From NCBI GenBank assembly GCA_045837725.1, contig JBEWZL010000282.1, forward strand, positions 483,230 through 503,229: a stretch of 20,000 nt of DNA. The letters are read 5' to 3'. The translations under genes were made by a program, and so were the position numbers. Positions 10,301 through 18,100 of the stretch are shown in pieces. The stretch comes from Vermamoeba vermiformis. Lineage: Eukaryota. The notes under the pieces are model-generated. The model saw only the letters and a list, made by a program, of their open reading frames with translations, did not search any database and was not told the DNA's origin. The number at the start of each line of letters is the position of its first letter. Within the stretch, counting starts at the first letter, position 1.

Positions 10301-12711
10301 GTAGGGAAGGACGTTGCTGAAGGAACACGGGGTCACTAGAACTCGGGTGTTTGGAGGAAGCGTCACTGATGAGCCTGGAGCTGGTATTTGATTGTTTGCT
10401 GCAAAAAAGACAAACATTAGTAAGTTGCATCAACGACAAATGGCTAGAAGCTCTTACACCAAGTTGAGGGGTCTTCCCACTTCTTGAGTCCATCTTGAAG
10501 ATGAGGACAGTCTGTGCGAGGATTGGGATCGACACCATTCGGCATCAAAGGAATGTACGCGGCTCTGAACACTTCATTCGAGTACATCGTTGGCTTGGTG
10601 AAGGGCTGCTCGACCAGCTCGAAAGTGATGTCTTTGTAGAAGAACATTCCTGCCCCACCGAAGCTCCCTTGAATGGCAAAGAAAGCACGTGACGCGAGAT
10701 TAGGAGGAGAGAACGTGTAAGTGTAACTGGCCCATTCCGTGGTGATGCCATTGGGTGCAAGGTTGTCTGACGCAACGACGAAGGACGAACCAGAAGGAGC
10801 TGTAGTTTGTGTGTAGTTGCCTGGAGGATACTTGCGGCTCTCAGTGTCGGTCTGTGTGGCGTCAAAGATCTTAAACACACGAACGGTAACATCGGCAGTG
10901 GTGTTGACATTTTCATTCTTTGGATCTTGTTTGATTGAGAAGCTAATCTTGTACGTGCGATCTGGATGAAGAGAGAACGGCAGCAAATACCCAGAATTCA
11001 ATAGAAGCGCGAATGGGTTCGCTGAGTACTTGGGCTTGTACAATGTGATGCCGTTGTCCGTGCGATTGACTTTTAAAGTGACCGCACCCATTGTAATGCC
11101 AATGAATGCTGTCTCGTCGTCGTACTTCTGCACGTAGTTTGGATACGATGATTGAGGATCGAATGATGCCATTGGTGGGGTGAAATCAACAGTTGCAAAG
11201 TCAGTGCAAGTGGCCGTCGGAACATCAAAACGAACAGTCACTGTAGTCTTGGCCTTGAGTGTCATTGAGCCTGAAGTGCCATCGCCGCACACTCCGCTCT
11301 TCGTTTGAGCTGCGTCTGATGTGACTGAGCAGTTGGATGGAAGTTCGACTGAATCTCCGAATGAGATGTCAAACGTTCCTGAAAGCCCATAGCCCTATCA
11401 TATAGTTGTTAATAAAGACTTACATTCTATTAGCGCTCATGTGCTTGAAGACTTACGTCAACAAAAGACAAGAACACGCTGCTTTGAGAGCTTGTGACAC
11501 TTGTCTGAATCTCACTGCCGACACTTATCTTCTCCAACACAACAGAGGACGATGTGGACACAGACAACGATGAGCCTACACTCAACAAGCTCATGCCCAC
11601 AACACCACCGTTGTCTGACTTGATGTTGAGTGACAGATCCCCAGCTGAAAGAAGACCAGAGGTCGATGTGATGCTTCCTTCGTCCAGTTCGACTAGCACC
11701 ACGTTGAAGTGATAGCCAGCAGGATAGCTTAAGATGACCTGAGGGCATTGTTAGTACGGCCACAATGTCATATGCAAGCGAGACATACCTCCAGTTCAAG
11801 ATTATCGGATTGTGCAAAGATAACGGAGATAAGTCCTAATAAACAGTTATTATTATACTAGGTCTTAGTATGCCTTCAAAGTTACTTACCGAAGATCGCA
11901 GCAACCAATAGACCAGTTTTGCGTCGAGAACCGAAAGTTGACAGAAGCAAGGCTGTAGGGACAAGGCTCGCGAGAATAAAAGAGATTTGGTTCGAATGAC
12001 CTCTGCTGATACCGCTAGAGGATACCTGAATATCAATTGTATGTTAGAAACAATTAGGGTGTGATTTAAATAGCCTATTTACAACGTAGCGAGTGTGAAC
12101 CAAACGAAGAAAAAAATTGATCAAATCCGAATCTGGTTCGGAAAGAAAAAACAAGCTCTGAGCGACATTAATGCTTATATATATGTTATAAATGCATCTT
12201 TGGCTTGTAATCATAGCGCAAAAGTTTACGGAGAAGCGAGTGTGAGCACCACACAGATTTTCTGTCACAAATTCGAACTCGAAATTACAAAATCGAAATC
12301 AAACACCTCGTAAATATATTTGTAATACTCTCCAATTACGCATTCTATTAATTAAAGGAAAACAAACCGGCTGGGTTCTTACCTTCAAGTAGATCTCGCC
12401 GTTGGAGCCGTACGACACTATTTCATCCAACGATACGCGTGTATTTGAGTTAATAGTTAATTTAGGTGAACTAACGTCTGCCTGTTGCGTCTTGAAATTA
12501 GCCTGTAGAAAAAACAAAATTAATTACCGCATCCACGTTACTCAATCAACGAGAATAAATCAATCTGCATCGTTATAATACTAACCTTGATGGAAGAAAA
12601 TAAACGGAGGTTATTATCCACGTTGATGTCGCCGACGAAGTCTGCCGCGACAACAAGCGAACAGCACAGAGCAACGAGCACTCCGAATAGTACTCTGTTT
12701 AGCTGCGCCAT
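7342..12711 (-). CDS. Secreted G8-domain / parallel beta-helix protein (TMEM2/CEMIP/fibrocystin-like, Dictyostelium G8-protein type), ~1332 aa
   Basis: Exons 12711-12586, 12502-12383, 11738-11457, (11426-11424?), 11394-10458, 10398-10206, 10150-10026, 9971-9571, 9509-9348, 9296-9182, 9134-8880, 8827-8634, 8580-8440, 8393-8216, 8167-7974, 7917-7342 sum to 3999 nt without the micro-exon and are fully open. Signal peptide MAQLNRVLFGVLVALCCSLVVA; G8 start CPHLQDGLKKWEDPSTW...ELHG; family motifs MGQFNMLGRYPIHFH, HDSYFRCITVHGTH, GHCYYLEDGVEENN, AAGFYISNMWNFVRGNAASGG. The link between the first two exons and the rest, across a 644-nt intron, is less certain. Confidence 0.85.
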
Positions 12712-13276
12712 GTCGATGAATAATCTGCTTGTTGACCGTAGCAGCAAATTGTTGAAATTGAAGTGGCCCAATTGTTTGGCCACTTTTACGTCACAAAAGC
12801 ACGTGGCAATTCACAACTCCTTTTGCTGCAACCAACCGCGAGATCAAAATATTTCCTGCAGAGAGTAACTGTTACAAAATTATATTAAGTGCTTCTCGCT
12901 TTTACTAGCAATTAAAATTCGCTAATTAATTTTCAAAGTAGATTTACCGCATAATAAAAAAAAAAATTGTTGCCACAAGAGATGCTGTTATCTTTTTTTT
13001 TTGCATTAATGCCTCTTTCATATTCCAAAGTACTTTTGTATAATGTCTATAGCTACGCACAGCGTCCTTCAGCTTCAAATATAAAATTATTTAATTACAC
13101 ACTGGACGATTCGAGGTATCATTCAATCATGTCTTATAGCCGTATGAAATGATAAGTAGGGCGACGGAGAAGTGATCGAAAGAAAGAACGAACTAAAACC
13201 GCCAAAAAACTTGGTTCCCGCCCAAAATTAATTTCACTTTTTTAATTTTCAGCAACGCGTCAACACAAACAATCAA

Positions 13277-13390
13277 ATGTCATCGGCTCCAAAAAGAAAA
13301 TATAGTACTAGCCTCGATGATAGTGTTCCCAAGGCCAAAAAAGCAAAGATAGACGAGGACAATAGGCAAATCTGCGCTTCCCGCATTCAA
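13277..13390 (+). pseudogene. 5' fragment (38 codons) of a host gene interrupted by the LTR retrotransposon
   Basis: ATG in an AATCAAATG context gives MSSAPKRKYSTSLDDSVPKAKKAKIDEDNRQICASRIQ, with a bipartite NLS. The frame runs into the LTR at 13391 and stops 7 codons later. Confidence 0.65.
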
Positions 13391-13553
13391 TGTAATGATG
13401 TACTCATACAATAAACGTGAGAACGTCAGCGTGTCAGGTGCGTGGTTAAGCCACGGTAAATCCCGACTTAACGGAAACCTGGCGGGTATAAAAACCCTGC
13501 CAATCTCTTTCCGTCCTGACCTTCTTCACACCCACTACGAGCACTACATTACA
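13391..13553 (+). repeat. 5' LTR (163 bp)
   Basis: TGTAATG...CATTACA, a 7-bp terminal inverted repeat; identical by eye to 19838-20000. Confidence 0.97.
13487..13493 (+). promoter_or_regulatory. Putative LTR TATA box
   Basis: TATAAAA inside the LTR, flanked by the inverted repeat TGGCGGGT/ACCCTGCCA. Confidence 0.5.
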
Positions 13554-13554
13554 T

Positions 13555-13570
13555 TGGTGCGCCTCGCCGG
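13555..13570 (+). other. Primer-binding site (tRNA 3'-end complement; tRNA-Gly-like)
   Basis: TGGTGCGCCTCGCCGG begins 1 nt after the LTR. Its complement ends in ...GCGC-A-CCA, like eukaryotic tRNA-Gly acceptor ends. The tRNA identity is inferred. Confidence 0.75.
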
Positions 13571-13632
13571 TGTTAGAAGTTTTATTTATTTACATAACGT
13601 TTTAAATACATCGCCTGATCTTCGCATCTACA

Positions 13633-15144
13633 ATGAGCGAACTGACCTCCCCAGCGAGAAACACTCGCTCACGCTCCGCTCAAGGTGGTAACACTCAACA
13701 AGAACCGCCCACACGTCAACAGGGCAAGAGTAAACGCAAGACACCAGTTTCCGAGCCAGATCCCCATGCTACTGACAGCGGATCAACTGCAAACGGATCG
13801 TCCTCAGTGGCAACACCACCGTCAACGCCAACACGACAAGGAGACCCAAGCAACACTGCCCAAGGGAACCAAACGCGTGTCGAGGAAACGGCCACAATTC
13901 AGAATATTCCTAATTTGGAAAATTCCGCTGGTTCGCAGACCGCTGCGGGAGTGAGTTCACCTCCTCCCCAAGGGTCTCAAACTTCGTCTGGCACGTCTGT
14001 GGGGTCTTCTACTGATTCTGTTAACGTTACTAGTGTTCGTAATACTGGTGGCAGTAGCGTTAACCGATCAGCGGAACAATCAACCTCGGATCGGCAAGCT
14101 GGAACGACCCAAGGTGTTGTGATTCCCCAGTACCCCACGCCACCTAGTCATAACAATAGTCAAAACGACGATATGAACAAGGCTTACGACCGCGCGCGTA
14201 GATCCGTTACCGAGAGATTTTCACGAGAGACAGCAGATCCTGAAGCGTGGCTCAATTTTATGAGATGGACTGCGTCTACTAACAAACTCGATCATGAGGC
14301 GCGGAAAAAGCTCATCTGGGAGTGTCTCTCCGAGAGCATCCAAAAGATCTACTCCGTCGCTCATGAGGTCCGTAAAAGCTCTTACGATAACATAGTCGAA
14401 TGGTTCGAAGAGTCTTTCGTTGTTAAACGTAGTACTGTCGAAATCATGCGCAATATCGAAGAGTTGACTTGGGATCACGAGCACGTGCCCTTTTCGAGAT
14501 TTTTGATTGACTTCGTTTCTGCCATGGGCCCGTTAGCGAATAATGACTTTCGTCAACGTATGTGGTTACTGCAAGGCAAACTGCCCGGTTACTTGGGTCA
14601 GATGTGCCAAGCGGAATTCTCACGATTTACGTGTTTTGCTGACATGACGTCTTGGGTAAATTCGCATGAAAACTTCAAGTTATATGCAGCCCTGACGCCA
14701 TTGAAGCCCGCTAACAACAATAATCAACCTGTTAATGCTGTGAGCGACACGTTGCAAAACGTGCAGACTGGTGCTTTGAACCCCAATCTTGAAGTCCTCC
14801 AGAAGGTCGACCAGCTCGCTGACAGTATTCAACTAGTTGTCAATGCCCTTAACTCTTATCAGAGAGGTGGACTTCCGCGTAACCGCTACTACGGATCGAG
14901 AGGCGGTCGTGGAAAGAGGGGTGGTCGAGGTGGTTGGTCTAATGACCGTGACCGCTCTCCCAAGTCTCATTACGACTCAAAACGTGGAGACAACCCTGCG
15001 AAGCACCGTTCTGATAATCGCTATGACGGGAAAGGCGATAACCGTCGCGACAGAATGGACGAATCTGACGACTCTGAAACCCAAGAGTCTAAGCGCTCAG
15101 GCTCAAAGCCTAATGCAAATCGCAAGCGCAAAAGAGACGATTGA
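13633..15144 (+). CDS. gag: Retrotransposon Gag (503 aa)
   Basis: ~180-aa S/T/P/Q-rich N-terminus, capsid-like region (ERFSRETADPEAWLNFMRW...SYDNIVEWFEESF), RGG-rich basic C-terminus, no CCHC knuckle; ends at TGA 15142-15144. Confidence 0.9.
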   Translation: MSELTSPARNTRSRSAQGGNTQQEPPTRQQGKSKRKTPVSEPDPHATDSGSTANGSSSVATPPSTPTRQGDPSNTAQGNQTRVEETATIQNIPNLENSAGSQTAAGVSSPPPQGSQTSSGTSVGSSTDSVNVTSVRNTGGSSVNRSAEQSTSDRQAGTTQGVVIPQYPTPPSHNNSQNDDMNKAYDRARRSVTERFSRETADPEAWLNFMRWTASTNKLDHEARKKLIWECLSESIQKIYSVAHEVRKSSYDNIVEWFEESFVVKRSTVEIMRNIEELTWDHEHVPFSRFLIDFVSAMGPLANNDFRQRMWLLQGKLPGYLGQMCQAEFSRFTCFADMTSWVNSHENFKLYAALTPLKPANNNNQPVNAVSDTLQNVQTGALNPNLEVLQKVDQLADSIQLVVNALNSYQRGGLPRNRYYGSRGGRGKRGGRGGWSNDRDRSPKSHYDSKRGDNPAKHRSDNRYDGKGDNRRDRMDESDDSETQESKRSGSKPNANRKRKRDD

Positions 15145-18100
15145 CGAGAGGACGAGACCTCTAGCGTCTCTCAACCTGAACCTAACGTGGTGGCTACCGT
15201 TCATTTGCCCAAAGGCAGCGCCGAACCCCCTGTCTTCGCGTCTGTCTGTGTGAATGGTCATCAAGTGCCCAAAGCTCTGTTGGACACTGGTGCCGCTGTA
15301 ACCATCGTTAATAAAGGTTTTGTTGACTCTTTAGGCTTGTCAATTACTCCTTGTGAGCGTAGCGAGATCGTCGTAGCGAACGACGAACGAATGGCGGTGG
15401 ATGGTTACGCGCACATCGCTATTCAAATAGCTAAGACCCCTGTTCGAGTTCATGCCTTATATGTTCCTAACATCGCATATGGACTTATTATTGGCACGAA
15501 TGTGTTAAAAGCTAGTGGTGTCAAAGTCATGTGCGGAGGCAAGCAGTTGTGGCCACCGTTATCACCCAACGGTGAAAGCCAAAGCAACGCCAATTGCGCG
15601 TTTGTACACAAGGACACAAGGTGTCTTATTAACGCTAACGAGTCGGTTTCAATTCCTCCACTATGCGGCATGAGCGTACGTGGAAGGATGCGTGGCAAAC
15701 AGCTCGATGGAGACGTCCTTATCGAGCCAACCAAGCGCACAATAACAGACGGCAACGTTGCTAGGCAACTACGCAACGCCAAAGACGGTCTTGTCGATGT
15801 TTTCATTACAAACAGCTCTTATAACCAGAGACTGTATATCGCCAAGGACTCGCCGATTGCATTTGCATACGACGATGTTTCCTTTTGGTGCGATGAACAA
15901 GGGATAGTCTTAACGATAAATATCCTTAATAATAGAGTCCTAGATGATAATAGTCTGCTCGCGCAAGTAAGCGATGACTCCGCTGAGCATGCCTCGGTCG
16001 AAAATTCTGCTGACGAAAAGGAGAAACGTGTAAACCGCAGAGCAAGACGCGCGTTAGAGAAGCTCGATGGCAAGGCTGAGAGAGTGTATTCCGGCAGAAA
16101 ACCTCGAAAGAAACGTCGTGGCGACGGATTCGTTGAGGTCAATGTCGTGAACTCTTCGAAGTCAGAGCTCTCTAATGAAAAAACAGACGGATGTGACATT
16201 GATCCTAATTTGCCATCCAATTATAAACAATCGTTGCTTAAGCTACTCGACAAGTACTCAGATCTCTGGACCGTTAGTGTGCACACCACAACTCCGCTCG
16301 TTAAGCACCCTATTACAACCTTCGGCGAACCGAAGAAACAATACCCTTATCGCTTAGCTTATTCAGAGAAACCTTTTGTTGAAAAATACATTACGGACTC
16401 TTTAGCAAGCGGAATAATTAGACCATCGAATTCTCCGTGGTCAAGTCCAATTCTTCTCGTTAAGAAAAAGGACGGTACGAAACGTTTTTGCGTTGATTAT
16501 CGACAATTGAACGCAGTCACCAAAAAGGATGTTCATCCTATTCCCAGAGTCGAAGATGTGCTGGAACGACTTGACGGGATGCGTTACTTCACGACTCTAG
16601 ATCTCGTTCAGTCTTACTATCAGATCGAAGTCGAAGAGCGTGATAAGGAAAAGACTGCATTCATTACTGATCAAGGCTCATTTGAATATAATGTTATGCC
16701 TTTCGGTTTGACGAACGCTCCGTCGACATTTCAGAGACTCATGAACTTAGTACTCGCCGGTTTGAACTGGCAGATGTGCCTCGTTTATATCGATGATATT
16801 TTGATATTTTCGAAGACATTTGAAGAGCACTTAGATCATTTAGAATTAGTCTTCGATCGTCTTCGTACAGCGAATCTAAAACTCAAACTGTCGAAATGCA
16901 AATTCGCGTATCCAACAACGATATACTTAGGACATTGTATTGGTGCGAATGGTGTCTCACCTGATCCGGCCAAACTTGAGGCTATTAAGCGAATTGACCC
17001 GTCAACTTGGAAAAGTGTCACGGATGTCAAGTCCTTTTTAGGAATGACCGGATATTATCGGAGATTTGTTAAAGATTACGCTACAATAGCGAAAGACTTG
17101 ACAGAAATGCTCCGCAAAGACGTAGATTTCAAAATGTCGCGTAGACGCGTTCGATCTGCTAAGCGTCTACGAGATGCGTTGTGCACTGCACCCATTCTCG
17201 CTTATCCAAAGTGGGAATTGCCATTCATCGTTCAGGTGGATGCAAGCAACATCGGGATGGGAGGAGTGTTAACGCAGATCCACCCAAAGACTGGTGAACA
17301 CCCGGTCGCGTATTTCTCGCGTAAATTTACGCCTTCTGAACAAAAGTACGCAGTGATGGAACGAGAGTGTTTAGCGATGGTGGAATCTATCAAATACTTT
17401 AGACCGTATATTTATGGTCAGAAGTTTACGGTAGTGACAGATCATAAACCTCTCGAACACATCCACTCTTTTAAGTCGCATAACGGAAGAGTAGCGCGTT
17501 GGGATATGGCACTAGCTGATTATAACTTTCAAGTTATAGCTAGACCTGGCAAAGATAACGCGAACGCGGATGCATTATCCCGTTTGTTTGTCAGTACGGT
17601 GTCAATGTATACCAAATCAAAGTCAATCGACGACATTTCACCCGAATATCTCAACACTCGCAATCCTGAAGTAATGCGCGCTAAACAGCTCGAAGACCCA
17701 AAGCTAAGTACTATTATGCAATATTTAGAGAATGATATCGCACCCGATGACCCGAGAGAAAGAGCAATCTTAATTAAGGAATCGGATCAATATTATATTA
17801 AAAAGGGCGTTTTATATCATTTATTTTGGCCTAGTCGCAAGCGTAAATTTACTTCGCGACTTCGCCTGGCAATTCCAGAATCAATGCACAATGATATTTT
17901 GACAGCTTATCACAATGATCCGCTCGGAGCCCATCAAGGTATTCAACGCACCTTTGAGCTCATCTCATCGAAGTACTATTGGCCTGGTCTCTACCGAAGT
18001 GTCAACGACCATGTCAGAAATTGCATCAAGTGCATCGCCAAGAAAACTCCGCGTCTCAAGAAAGCTGGATTAATGCAACCGATCCGTGTCTCAGAACGAA

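Noticed and set aside
7597-10692. Plus-strand ORFs opposite the G8 gene
   Set aside because: Antisense shadows of GC-richer coding exons; the minus-strand model is complete and motif-supported.
14837-15253. +1-frame ORF spanning the gag/pol junction as a frameshift route
   Set aside because: gag and pol are already in the same frame, so using this ORF would need two shifts, and its translation has no recognisable features.
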